Part shown: positions 51,279 through 61,175 of the stretch, one piece after another
Position numbering within the stretch: position 1 is the first letter of the stretch
How the letters are laid out: every line of letters starts with the position of its first letter
Origin: Erysipelotrichaceae bacterium
Lineage (GTDB): Bacteria > Bacillota_I > Bacilli_A > Erysipelotrichales > Erysipelotrichaceae
Direction of reading: 5' to 3'
Assembly (NCBI GenBank): GCA_028723085.1
Contig: JAQYFP010000181.1
Location: forward strand, 2,053 to 66,052
DNA: 64,000 nucleotides
Position numbers and translations under genes: made by a program
The notes under the pieces: generated by a model
Told to the model about the DNA's origin: nothing
Seen by the model: the letters and a program-made list of their open reading frames with translations, nothing else
Databases searched by the model: none

Positions 51279-51792
51279 CGTGAATTCTTTGTTTGATAGC
51301 TAAAAATAAAGGACTATCAACGGGAATATGTGCTTTTACATCAATAATTCTTGATGAATTGATCCATTTTGAATCATTTAAATAACACGCACTGACTTTA
51401 CTCATTCCTTCTATTTTACCTAGCTGCATAATATGGTCTTTTCCATAAATCACTTTTGAATTTGCTCCCGTAATGGGTACTACAAATACTTTTCCTCTTT
51501 GAATTGATAAAATCAAACCAAAGTGTAAATACCCAATTTCAAATAAATAAGAATGTCCAAAATCAATGTAACAAATATCCCCGCAACGAATATTCACATT
51601 TAAATCCTGACAAGAAAAAACTTCTTTTCTTCGACAGTAATTTAGTTTAGAAACCATATAATCAAATACTTCATTTTCTGATAACGAATTACATAATTCA
51701 TTTTCTTCTTTTTCTGCCTGCTTTTTTAGAAGTTCTAATTTCTGGTTTTTTAAAACAGTTTGTTTATTCATCATCCATTCTTTTGGTTCCAT
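51265..51792 (-). CDS. PemK/MazF-like fold protein with N-terminal extension
   Basis: RCGDICYIDFG..EIG..HFGLILS..VFVVPITG..SACYLNDSKWINSSRI follows the PemK pattern (G-D-I..DF, VVPIT, I..SRI). Confidence 0.6.
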   Translation of the reverse strand: MEPKEWMMNKQTVLKNQKLELLKKQAEKEENELCNSLSENEVFDYMVSKLNYCRRKEVFSCQDLNVNIRCGDICYIDFGHSYLFEIGYLHFGLILSIQRGKVFVVPITGANSKVIYGKDHIMQLGKIEGMSKVSACYLNDSKWINSSRIIDVKAHIPVDSPLFLAIKQRIHEGIG

Positions 51793-51798
51793 GCATCT

Positions 51799-51807
51799 AT
51801 GATATCA
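51799..51807 (-). promoter_or_regulatory. Extended -10 placed for leaderless transcription of the PemK-like gene
   Basis: TGATATCAT-agatgc-ATG (6 nt), no SD. Confidence 0.6.
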
Positions 51808-51835
51808 ATATAAAATTATAAATATCTTATAATTG

Positions 51836-52906
51836 TTAATGAAAATAAAATTTTGCTTTAAATTTAGTTACTTTTTCTTTGATACGACGATGTAAACTCA
51901 ATAACGGATGAAATTTCTCATTAATCATTCCCGATTTTTCAATAAATAATTCTATTCCCAACAATAAAATTAAAATAACAACTAAACCAATGGCACGATT
52001 CAACATATAAATAAAAGCACTTAAACCAAATAAAGCAGTAATGGCACACATAATGATAACGGTATTGCCATGCCCAAATTGTTTCATCAATAAATGATGA
52101 AGATGACTTTTATCTGCTTGCATGAACTTCATTCCTTTTAAGGTTCGTCTTAATATAGCCGATAAAGTATCAATAATAGGAAGCATCAACAATAAAATAG
52201 GAAGTCCTAAGGTCACAATGGTTGAACTTTTAAATCCTAATAAAGAAATAGCAGAAATCATAAATCCCAAAAATAAAGATCCACAATCTCCCATGAAAAT
52301 ACTTGCTGGATGGGCATTATATACTAGAAAACCAAAAGTTGCACTGGCTAAGATGAACGTAATTGTCACTACATCAATGCGTCGTTCGACTAGGGCAAGA
52401 CATCCTATGACAATTAAAATCACAACGCTCATTCCACCTGCTAATCCATCTAATCCATCAATTAAATTAACGGCATTGGTAATACCGGCAATCCAAATAA
52501 TTGTGAATAAAACAGTGATAATAGGAATATTAATGGCAAATCCAAATACACGAATCACATCAACGGATACACCATAATAAATCAATACAATGGCTGCTAT
52601 GATTTCAAGGACAAGTTTAACGCTTGCTTTTAAGTCCACTAAATCATCAATTAATCCCGCAAAGAACATGATACTTCCACCTATGATAATTCCATCCAAG
52701 GCTCGATCACATGACACAAACAAAGCCATGGTAATCATAAACGCCAAGTAAATCGCAACTCCACCAATACGACTGATTTTACCATGGTGAACGGTTCTTT
52801 CGTTTTCCTGGGCATAGGATTTCGCAATTATTGAGTATCGTTTTATCACTGGGGTAAGGCATATGCTTAAAACCAGTGGCACTATAATAATTTTATAATC
52901 AATCAT
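51836..52906 (-). CDS. tagO: Undecaprenyl-phosphate GlcNAc-1-phosphate transferase (TagO/WecA)
   Basis: RIGGVAIY, GLIDD, NAVNLIDGLDGLA, IFMGDCGS, ADKSHLHHLL. Confidence 0.9.
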   Translation of the reverse strand: MIDYKIIIVPLVLSICLTPVIKRYSIIAKSYAQENERTVHHGKISRIGGVAIYLAFMITMALFVSCDRALDGIIIGGSIMFFAGLIDDLVDLKASVKLVLEIIAAIVLIYYGVSVDVIRVFGFAINIPIITVLFTIIWIAGITNAVNLIDGLDGLAGGMSVVILIVIGCLALVERRIDVVTITFILASATFGFLVYNAHPASIFMGDCGSLFLGFMISAISLLGFKSSTIVTLGLPILLLMLPIIDTLSAILRRTLKGMKFMQADKSHLHHLLMKQFGHGNTVIIMCAITALFGLSAFIYMLNRAIGLVVILILLLGIELFIEKSGMINEKFHPLLSLHRRIKEKVTKFKAKFYFH

Positions 52907-53819
52907 TTCGTCTTTCCTTCATTTTATTCATAATATCGTATTGTGGTGTATTTGTGCAAATGATTGGACATTTGAGTTCATATTTCAAATAAGGTTGTAA
53001 TCCAAAACAATTTGCCAAGCCCCCACTTAAATAAATACCATTTTCTAATATTTTTTCTTGTAGTTCTAATGAACAAGTTGAAATCATTTGTTTGGTCCAT
53101 AAAATAATTTGTTTTTCTACTGCTTCAATACAAGGCCATAAATCCATCGAAGATACTTGCACTTTTTCATATTGATTGTATTTATTCATTCCAAAACAAG
53201 ACAATTTCGCATTTTTATTTTTTAGTAAACTCTTAGAACATGCTTCTTTCAACATACGAGCATCTTCCATAGAAATAAAACACTTTGTTTTCTTTAAAAC
53301 AGTTTGCACAATAGCTTCATCAATTTGATATCCCGCAAAAGGAATCACCTTTTGAAACGATTGTTTGCCATCAATGTTTAATCCAATCAAAGTATAAGAA
53401 TGACCCAAATGAATATAAAAATGAATGTGTTCTTTCATTAAATCCGCAATTGTAATAAATTCAACACGATAAATTCCTAATTCCTTGGCATAAGAAATCC
53501 ATTTTTGTTCTTCTTGTTGACTTCGATTCAATAAACAAATCAATACACATGGACGCTTCCATATATGTTTTTCAATATTTAATCCATATTTTAATAATGG
53601 CATAATATCTGATAGGATTTTACCTTCACAAAATGGATACTTTACTTTAATTGAATTATTTCGATGGTATACGTATTCTGTAGCTTGCGAGGCAACGGAT
53701 ACAACTTCATTATTTTTATACGCAATAATGCTTTGAAATTGTATTAATTCATCTTTTGATTCATCAAAAATCCGAATTTGATATGCACCGGCATCGATTA
53801 TATACCATCTATTGAACAT
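52899..53819 (-). CDS. Divergent MreB/Mbl-like actin-fold protein
   Basis: IIDAG (phosphate 1), PFAGYQIDEAI..A..LKE, GIYLSGGLANCFGL (adenosine motif); other ATPase motifs degenerate. Confidence 0.7.
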   Translation of the reverse strand: MFNRWYIIDAGAYQIRIFDESKDELIQFQSIIAYKNNEVVSVASQATEYVYHRNNSIKVKYPFCEGKILSDIMPLLKYGLNIEKHIWKRPCVLICLLNRSQQEEQKWISYAKELGIYRVEFITIADLMKEHIHFYIHLGHSYTLIGLNIDGKQSFQKVIPFAGYQIDEAIVQTVLKKTKCFISMEDARMLKEACSKSLLKNKNAKLSCFGMNKYNQYEKVQVSSMDLWPCIEAVEKQIILWTKQMISTCSLELQEKILENGIYLSGGLANCFGLQPYLKYELKCPIICTNTPQYDIMNKMKERRND

Positions 53820-53821
53820 AC

Positions 53822-54031
53822 TTATCCTCCAAATCCATTAAATATCGTCAAATCAAGAATGGCTTGTGTTGATAAATACGCAAGCACAAAAGAAAGTAAA
53901 AACATTAAAGTAATGACTTTTCCACTCTTTTGAACTTTACAAATTTTTTCAAATTGAATGGAAGAACAAGCATATACACTAACAATAAAACATAGAACAA
54001 AGACAATGTACTTCACAAGTGAGTAAATCAT
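53822..54031 (-). CDS. Small membrane protein, DUF1146/YwzB-like
   Basis: 69 aa, two TM segments, SIQFEK..K..LMFLLSFVLAYL pattern. Confidence 0.6.
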   Translation of the reverse strand: MIYSLVKYIVFVLCFIVSVYACSSIQFEKICKVQKSGKVITLMFLLSFVLAYLSTQAILDLTIFNGFGG

Positions 54032-54867
54032 TTTCTTCCTCCAATCGATACTAATTTCACAAAATTATATTTCTTTTCTAATTCTTTTTGCGCTTTTTCT
54101 AAAATAGAAATATCTTTAGAAAATCCCATCATTGTTGAACCAGAACCAGACATCATAACTCGTTCGATGCCACATTGTTCCATATCATTTTGAATGGCAT
54201 TTAAAATCGGTTCCATTTCTTTGGCTACTGGTTCTAAGGTATTATTCATAACTTTAAATAACGAAGAAATATCTTTTTGTTCGATTGTTTCTTGAATTAA
54301 ATTCACATCCACTGACAATGGCTTTTGTTCATGCCATTTTTTAAAAGCTACAGGAGTTGAAATCCCTACTTCTGGTTTAACAAGTAGACAAGGTAAAACT
54401 AAATCCGTATCAATGGGTTTAATGATTTCTCCAATTCCTTGTACTCTTGCCCATTGGCTATAGACACAAAAAGGTACATCGGCTCCAATTTGTTTGGCAA
54501 GAGATAATTGTTGTTCAAAAGAAATCGATAATTGTTCCATTTCCATAATGGCTTTTAAAACAGCTGCCGCATCGGTAGATCCCCCAGCCATTCCTGACAT
54601 CATAGGAATATTTTTATGAATTTTCACATGAAAACAAGAAGAAATAGAATATTCTTTTTTTAATAATTGAATCATTTTTGATACGGTATTATTTTCTGGA
54701 ATCGCATATGTATCACATTCTACTTTATCTTGTGAACTATATACAATTTCAATTTCATCGTATAAAGAAGTCGGTGCCATAATCATATCTAAATCATGGT
54801 ATCCATTTTCCATAACACCTACTATATCAAGTGCTAAATTAACCTTAGCATATGCTCTAACAATCAT
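54028..54867 (-). CDS. ispE: 4-diphosphocytidyl-2C-methyl-D-erythritol kinase
   Basis: AYAKVNLALD, GYHDL, KNIPMMSGMAGGSTDAAA, IGADVPF, MSGSGST. Confidence 0.93.
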   Translation of the reverse strand: MIVRAYAKVNLALDIVGVMENGYHDLDMIMAPTSLYDEIEIVYSSQDKVECDTYAIPENNTVSKMIQLLKKEYSISSCFHVKIHKNIPMMSGMAGGSTDAAAVLKAIMEMEQLSISFEQQLSLAKQIGADVPFCVYSQWARVQGIGEIIKPIDTDLVLPCLLVKPEVGISTPVAFKKWHEQKPLSVDVNLIQETIEQKDISSLFKVMNNTLEPVAKEMEPILNAIQNDMEQCGIERVMMSGSGSTMMGFSKDISILEKAQKELEKKYNFVKLVSIGGRK

Positions 54868-55717
54868 AATATCCCTTTCCCACTTCATATAAACGAATAA
54901 AGTCTTCTAATGTACATTGTTGTGCACGCGTAGATGGTTCAATATTCGCTTGAATTAAAAGATTTTTAGCTAATTCTTTGTCTTTAACAAAATCTTGGAA
55001 GTTATTATAGATTGTTTTTCGTCTTTGTGTAAAACATGATTTGACCATCTTAAAGAACACATCTTCATTTTCTAAGCGATATTTATGATGAAAAGAAAAT
55101 TGGACAACCATTGAATCTACATTTGGTTTAGGCCAGAATACGTGACGTGAAACATCCATCACTTTTTTCACATCACAACGATATTGAGTAATAACACTTA
55201 GAGCATTGTATTCTTTTTCGTTTTCTTTAGCCAAGAAGCGTTCTCCCACTTCCTTTTGCATCATGACCGTAATTCTTTCAATTTTTTCTTTTGCTTCAAA
55301 CAACTTAAACAAAATTGGTGTTGTGATATAGTAAGGCAAATTTGACGCGAATACGACTTTTTGGTTTTCTTTTCGATATTTTTGAATTTGTTGATCAACA
55401 TCCACTTTCATAAAATCTTGTAAAATAACTTCTAAATGATCAAAACCAATTTCATTTTCTAAAACCATTGGCAAGCGATCATCAATTTCAAACGCAACCA
55501 CGTGATTGCTTCTTTCACATAAACACTGTGTTAAAGCACCAATTCCTGGACCAATCTCAAAGACAAGTTCATCTGGGCTTTCAATAGCTGCTTGAGCTAT
55601 TTTTTCAACGACTTTAGGTTCGATAATAAAATTTTGTCCATATGTTTTCTTTGTGAATACATTATATTTTTCTTGAATTTCTTTTGTTTTTTTAATTGTT
55701 GCGATTCGCTGATTCAT
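54857..55717 (-). CDS. rsmA: 16S rRNA adenine dimethyltransferase
   Basis: GQNF, EIGPGIGALT, FEID, SNLPYYITTP, VMMQKEV, F.P.PNVDS. Confidence 0.96.
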   Translation of the reverse strand: MNQRIATIKKTKEIQEKYNVFTKKTYGQNFIIEPKVVEKIAQAAIESPDELVFEIGPGIGALTQCLCERSNHVVAFEIDDRLPMVLENEIGFDHLEVILQDFMKVDVDQQIQKYRKENQKVVFASNLPYYITTPILFKLFEAKEKIERITVMMQKEVGERFLAKENEKEYNALSVITQYRCDVKKVMDVSRHVFWPKPNVDSMVVQFSFHHKYRLENEDVFFKMVKSCFTQRRKTIYNNFQDFVKDKELAKNLLIQANIEPSTRAQQCTLEDFIRLYEVGKGYYDC

Positions 55718-56240
55718 TTAACTTTTCCTCGATTTCTTGTTTGGAAACATTCATTCCATTTAATCTTTTAAAACATGTTTTACCGTTGCATGGTCCAATA
55801 TGGAAAAGCTCACAAACTTTAAAACGCTTTTGTGAATTTCCCATTAATCCTAAATCTATAAATTCATCAAATGATAAACTTTCTTGTTGGTTAATAAAAG
55901 TAACACAGTTCATTAAAGAATCCCATAAATCTTCTTTACTTGCGTGTTCCACTCCTACTTTTTTTTCTGTGCGTGCTTTTTTCTTATCAATAAACGCATT
56001 TTTACATCCTGGTACATATTCATTTATTTGACGGCGAATGTGTTCTCCTGGTGTATCGGGATCGGTAAAGATAATAACGCCTCTTTTTTCTTGTGCATAT
56101 TTTACTCTTTGAAGCGTAGTTTCATTTACTTGATCGCCTCCTGTTTCAATGGTGTCACATTGAAAATAGGTTTGTAATGTATTGGTATCGTTTTTTCCTT
56201 CGACAACGATGATTTCTTTAATTTTATTATTCAAGTCCAT
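55692..56240 (-). CDS. rnmV: Ribonuclease M5
   Basis: Toprim EIIVVEGKND, IIFTDPDTPGEHIR, GVEHAS; upstream of rsmA. Confidence 0.93.
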   Translation of the reverse strand: MDLNNKIKEIIVVEGKNDTNTLQTYFQCDTIETGGDQVNETTLQRVKYAQEKRGVIIFTDPDTPGEHIRRQINEYVPGCKNAFIDKKKARTEKKVGVEHASKEDLWDSLMNCVTFINQQESLSFDEFIDLGLMGNSQKRFKVCELFHIGPCNGKTCFKRLNGMNVSKQEIEEKLNESANRNN

Positions 56241-57090
56241 ATGTAAATCCCTCACCATGTACTTCGTTCACATTATTTACGATAATAAATGCCGACGAAT
56301 CAATTTCCATAATTTTTGATTTTAATAACGATAATTGTTTTTGTTTAATTACACACATCACAACAGGATGATATTGTTCTGTATATCCGCCAATTCCATC
56401 TAAAATGGTAACGCCTCTTTCCATTTCATTAACTAAGTAATTACGAATATCAATCCATTTATCGGATATAATCATACAATTCAAAGCATTTTCTGTTCCT
56501 AATAATACAGCACGATTAATTGCTACACTTGATGTGAAAACCGATAAAATTCCAATTAAAGCTGGCTCTAAGCCATGGATGACTAGACCCAACAAAATTG
56601 TCAAAACATCAATAATAGCTACACTATTTCCACTAGAAATATGAGTATATTTATGTAAAATCAAAGCTGGAATATCCATTCCTCCTGTGCTCGCATTTAC
56701 TCTAAAACAAATTCCTAATCCCAATCCACAAATTAAACCCGCATAAATAGATGCCAAGTATGGTTCCATGATAAAGGTTCCTTTTGGAAATAAGTCATAG
56801 ACAATTGAAAATATAGAAATGCCCACTGGATAAACAATCGTTGATAATAGCGTTCTTGCCGCAAATTGTTTTCCCAAAAACAAAAATCCGAGCAAAAATA
56901 AACTAACCGTTAAAATATCAATTAATATTACAGAGTCAATCGGAACCAATGGCTGTATGGCAACAACAACTCCGGCAACTCCACCTGTTAAAATATTATT
57001 AGGTAATATAAAAAAGGATACTGCTATTGCTACCAGTAAATTTCCAAATACAATCATTAAATATTCAAATATTTTATTTTTATTCTCCAT
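56227..57090 (-). CDS. YitT family membrane protein
   Basis: ILTGGVAG, ASTGGMDI, RGVT..G.GGYT, DSSAFIIV..VNEVHGEGF. Confidence 0.9.
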   Translation of the reverse strand: MENKNKIFEYLMIVFGNLLVAIAVSFFILPNNILTGGVAGVVVAIQPLVPIDSVILIDILTVSLFLLGFLFLGKQFAARTLLSTIVYPVGISIFSIVYDLFPKGTFIMEPYLASIYAGLICGLGLGICFRVNASTGGMDIPALILHKYTHISSGNSVAIIDVLTILLGLVIHGLEPALIGILSVFTSSVAINRAVLLGTENALNCMIISDKWIDIRNYLVNEMERGVTILDGIGGYTEQYHPVVMCVIKQKQLSLLKSKIMEIDSSAFIIVNNVNEVHGEGFTYGLE

Positions 57091-57162
57091 ATCAAAAAGA
57101 TTATATCATTATTTTTAATTTGATGGTATTCTTTAAATAAGAGTGAAGAAAGGAGAAAAATT

Positions 57163-57867
57163 ATGTCTACACCACATAATCAAGCCAATAAAGGTGAAAT
57201 TGCTTCGGTGGTATTAATGCCAGGAGATCCTTTACGTGCCAAATTCATTGCGGAAAACTATTTAGAAGATGTTGTTTGTTTCAACACCGTAAGAAATATG
57301 CTTGGCTATACAGGAACTTATAAAGGAAAGAAAGTATCGGTCATGGGTTCAGGTATGGGAATGCCTAGTATTGGTATTTATTCATATGAATTATATTCTC
57401 AATACGATGTGGATACGATTATTCGTATTGGATCAGCAGGAGGATATACACCAGATTTAAAATTATTCGATGTAACTTTAGCACATAGTTCTTATTCAAA
57501 ATCAAGTTATGCGCAAGTTCAATCCCATGATTTCAATGAAATCCAATATCCTGATGAACAATTAAATCAAAAAATCATGGATTGTGCTAAAAAATTAAAC
57601 ATGGAAATTAAATCGATTCGTATTCATTCTTCTGATGCGTTTTATTGTGAAGATGATTCTTTAATGAAAGAAGCTATTCAAAATGGATGCCAAGCCGTAG
57701 AAATGGAAAGTTTTGCTTTATTCCATAATGCCAAAGTATTACATAAAAAAGCAGCTGCCATTTGTACCATTTCAGATTCCTTTGCGTTTGAAGAAATCAC
57801 GACTCCTCAACAAAGAGAACAGTGTTTTAATGACATGATGAAAATCGCATTAGAAGCTTGTTTATAA
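57163..57867 (+). CDS. deoD: Purine nucleoside phosphorylase (DeoD type)
   Basis: MSTPHN, MPGDPLRAKFIA, GSGMGMPSIGIY, IRIGSAG, VEMESFALF. Confidence 0.95.
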   Translation: MSTPHNQANKGEIASVVLMPGDPLRAKFIAENYLEDVVCFNTVRNMLGYTGTYKGKKVSVMGSGMGMPSIGIYSYELYSQYDVDTIIRIGSAGGYTPDLKLFDVTLAHSSYSKSSYAQVQSHDFNEIQYPDEQLNQKIMDCAKKLNMEIKSIRIHSSDAFYCEDDSLMKEAIQNGCQAVEMESFALFHNAKVLHKKAAAICTISDSFAFEEITTPQQREQCFNDMMKIALEACL

Positions 57868-57872
57868 TGAAA

Positions 57873-57903
57873 AAAACCAGGTGAAATAGAATCATCTGGT
57901 TTT
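57873..57903. terminator. Bidirectional terminator between deoD and deoC
   Basis: AAAACCAGGTGA-N7-TCATCTGGTTTT. Confidence 0.7.
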
Positions 57904-57909
57904 CGTTAT

Positions 57910-58545
57910 TTACATTAAGCTAATTCCTTTTGAAGTTCCAATACGATTGGCACCTGCTGCAATCATATCATCCATATCTTGTGGTGTACGAACCCCACCA
58001 GCTGCTTTAATTAATGCTTGATCACCAACAGCTTTTTTCATAACTTCAACAACATGAACATTGGCTCCAGCACTATTAAATCCAGTTGAAGTCTTCACAA
58101 AATCCGCTTTGGCTTCTACACATAATTTAGAAACACGTGTAATTTCTTCGTCTGTTAATAAACAAGTTTCAATGATTACTTTTACTGTTTTATCACCTGA
58201 TGCTTCTACAACGGCTTTAATATCATTTAAAACAACCTCATCATTTCCAGCTTTTAATTCACCGATATTAATAACCATATCAACTTCATCAGCTCCATTG
58301 GCAATCGCATCTTTTGTTTCAAATGCTTTGACAGCACTTGTATTGGCTCCTAGTGGGAATCCAATTACAGTACAAACCATAACATCACTGTCTTTCAACA
58401 ATTCAGCACAATAAGATACCCAATATGGATTTACACAAACCGATGCGAAATCATATTCAATTGCTTCTTCACACAATTTTTTAATTTGTTCACGAGTAGA
58501 TTCTGGTTTTAATAAAGTATGATCAATATATTTACTTCTTTTCAT
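57910..58545 (-). CDS. deoC: Deoxyribose-phosphate aldolase
   Basis: [50 protein letters not shown]. Confidence 0.96.
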   Translation of the reverse strand: MKRSKYIDHTLLKPESTREQIKKLCEEAIEYDFASVCVNPYWVSYCAELLKDSDVMVCTVIGFPLGANTSAVKAFETKDAIANGADEVDMVINIGELKAGNDEVVLNDIKAVVEASGDKTVKVIIETCLLTDEEITRVSKLCVEAKADFVKTSTGFNSAGANVHVVEVMKKAVGDQALIKAAGGVRTPQDMDDMIAAGANRIGTSKGISLM

Positions 58546-58679
58546 AAGTACCTCCATCTGTTGTTATTATACTTTATATAAGAAAGGGATTCCAATACAT
58601 TCAATTGCATTTATTCATACAATTTTTTAAATGACATTCATATTGTCAAAATAAAAGATATAATAAATATGGTGATAAA

Positions 58680-61175
58680 ATGAAAACAATACTCGTACCC
58701 GCAAATCTACATTTGCCTATGTATCAAAAACTATTAAAAGAAAATCAAAATCAAATTGATGTTCAAATTATTTCTTTGAATTCTTTTATTTATGATTTAA
58801 AAGAAAAACAATACCAAATTTTATATCAATATCAATTAAGAAAAGACATCATATCAAAATCCAACACATACTATGAAAGTATGAATGATTTAACTTTCCT
58901 TAAGTCTTGTTTATCTTTTATTCGTTGGTGTAAATTATATGACATTCATAAATTCCCAAAAGATACCAAAAAAGAACAAGACCTAAATGAAATCATTCAA
59001 GTGCTATATCCAATTGATACAAAAGAAAATCATATTAAAAAAATAGAAGATATTTCATCGATTCAAATTCTTCGTAAACCTTATTCTGATATGGAAATGA
59101 TATGGATTCAATATTTATTAGAACACGGTGCATCGTATTATGATACAAGTATAAATCAACACTTTGAATATCATACTTGTGCGAATTCTCGAAAAGAAGC
59201 GGAATTGATTTGTCTTGAAATTCTTGAACATGATTTATATGCCAATGATTGTTTTGTATGTACAAACAATGAATCACAAAACCAAGTATTAGCACAAATG
59301 ATGGACCAATATCATATTCCTTATACTTTTTTGAATACATCTATTTATTCATCCATTGTTCAAGATTTTTATATGATTTTTGATTGGATTTTAAATCCCT
59401 CATTAACTACTTTTTTAAGTATGATTCAACTTGTTTTTCCTGCCATTTATAATGATATGAATTTATACTATACAAACTTTCCAGAAAACTTTAAAAATGA
59501 ATTTCATATGAAAGATTTAGACTATGAATTCAATAATATCATTGATGAATATGATTTTAATCGTTTAAAAAAGGCAGAACAAAGAATTATTGAATGGAAT
59601 GAAGAACATCAAGAGGTCTATGATTGGACAATTTATGACTTTACTTCAATTTGTCAATGCATTCAAGATCGTCATCCTTTTTACCAACAAGAAGATGTCA
59701 ATATTTATAAAGCAATCCAAGAAGTATATCGTCAATCTTTGCCTTATTTAAATCAACCTTCTTTATTTCTACAATTCATTGAAACAATGGAAGTCCAACA
59801 AACTTCAAGTGAAATTAAAGGGGTATTGATTGGTTCTTTAAAAGATTGTAACGCCATTCGTTCGCATGTATTTATTATGGGAGCGCATACTAAAAACTTT
59901 CCTGGCATTCAAATTCATACGAATTTATTTGATGAAGATTATATTCGTCATACCGCCTTGCCTTCTTTACAAGAGCGTTTAGCTTTTCAATTAGATGAAA
60001 TGAAAAATACTTTATTATCCATTGAAAACCTATACATTTCCTATGCGCAATCTGATTATGAAGGAAAAAATTATGAACCAAGTCCAGAAATTGAAGATTG
60101 GTTTCATAAAAAAGCAGAATTTGTGAATTTAAAAGAAAGTTCCGTGAATGAAAAAATGAAAATGGAAATTCATCCTCAACAAGCAAATCAATTATTCTTT
60201 AAAAACACTCGTTTTAGTGTTTCAAGATTAGAAAGTTTTGCGCGTTGTCCTTTTTCTCATTATCTAAAATATGGTTTAAATTTACGTGTTCCTACTTTAG
60301 ATATTGCCATGAAAGGAACGATTCTTCATTCCATTTTAGAGACATTAACTAAGAAATACCAAAAAGAATATGTTCATGTAGATGAAAAAGAAATTGAAAT
60401 GGTCATTTCACATGAATTTGATTTTTATCGTAAAGTATATCCAAATCAAAGTAGATGGATTCATGAACAAATTCTTGAATATAAAGAAAAAGTTATCTTA
60501 ATCTTAAAACAACTTTCTTATTTTGAAGAAAAATGGCATATGAATATTAAAGACGAAGAATATCATATTCAAAAAGAAATTGAATTCGAAGATATGAAGT
60601 TAACTTTTACAGGATACATAGATCGCATCGATAGTTCAAATACTAGTTTTTGTATCTTCGACTATAAATCAAGTAAAAAAGAATTAAAACAAGATAATTT
60701 TCAGGCTGGTTTATCTTTACAATTATTAACTTATACCATTTATATCGAAGAACAAGAACACCTTCATCCAACCGGATGTTTCTATGTTTCTTTATCGAGT
60801 CCATGTATAACGGATTCTGCTTTAAAAGTAAGTTATCCTAGAAGTAAACCAGGTATTGTCGAAGAATCTAAACTCAATTGTTTTACTGAATTCACAAATC
60901 AGAAATTCATCAATGGATGGGCATTTGATGGATTCGATAATTATATGGACGATAATTCTTTAGTGGGTATACGAAAGAATACACCGTCTTTTTCAGAGTG
61001 TAAAGAACAATGGAATACTGTTATTAATGGTTTATTAACAGATATGAAAAAAGGAAACATTCAATCCCAAATATCTGATCAAAGTGCATGTTCCCTTTGT
61101 TCGTTTAGAAGAGTTTGTCGAAACAATCGTCAAATTGTCGCCCAAGTATCTTATATTGATCAGGAGGAAGAATAA
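58680..61175 (+). CDS. addB: AddB/RexB-like subunit with PD-(D/E)XK nuclease and Fe-S staple
   Basis: FSVSRLESFARCPF, KGTILHSILE, GYIDRID, FDYKS, C-terminal CSLCSFRRVC; upstream of addA. Confidence 0.85.
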   Translation: MKTILVPANLHLPMYQKLLKENQNQIDVQIISLNSFIYDLKEKQYQILYQYQLRKDIISKSNTYYESMNDLTFLKSCLSFIRWCKLYDIHKFPKDTKKEQDLNEIIQVLYPIDTKENHIKKIEDISSIQILRKPYSDMEMIWIQYLLEHGASYYDTSINQHFEYHTCANSRKEAELICLEILEHDLYANDCFVCTNNESQNQVLAQMMDQYHIPYTFLNTSIYSSIVQDFYMIFDWILNPSLTTFLSMIQLVFPAIYNDMNLYYTNFPENFKNEFHMKDLDYEFNNIIDEYDFNRLKKAEQRIIEWNEEHQEVYDWTIYDFTSICQCIQDRHPFYQQEDVNIYKAIQEVYRQSLPYLNQPSLFLQFIETMEVQQTSSEIKGVLIGSLKDCNAIRSHVFIMGAHTKNFPGIQIHTNLFDEDYIRHTALPSLQERLAFQLDEMKNTLLSIENLYISYAQSDYEGKNYEPSPEIEDWFHKKAEFVNLKESSVNEKMKMEIHPQQANQLFFKNTRFSVSRLESFARCPFSHYLKYGLNLRVPTLDIAMKGTILHSILETLTKKYQKEYVHVDEKEIEMVISHEFDFYRKVYPNQSRWIHEQILEYKEKVILILKQLSYFEEKWHMNIKDEEYHIQKEIEFEDMKLTFTGYIDRIDSSNTSFCIFDYKSSKKELKQDNFQAGLSLQLLTYTIYIEEQEHLHPTGCFYVSLSSPCITDSALKVSYPRSKPGIVEESKLNCFTEFTNQKFINGWAFDGFDNYMDDNSLVGIRKNTPSFSECKEQWNTVINGLLTDMKKGNIQSQISDQSACSLCSFRRVCRNNRQIVAQVSYIDQEEE

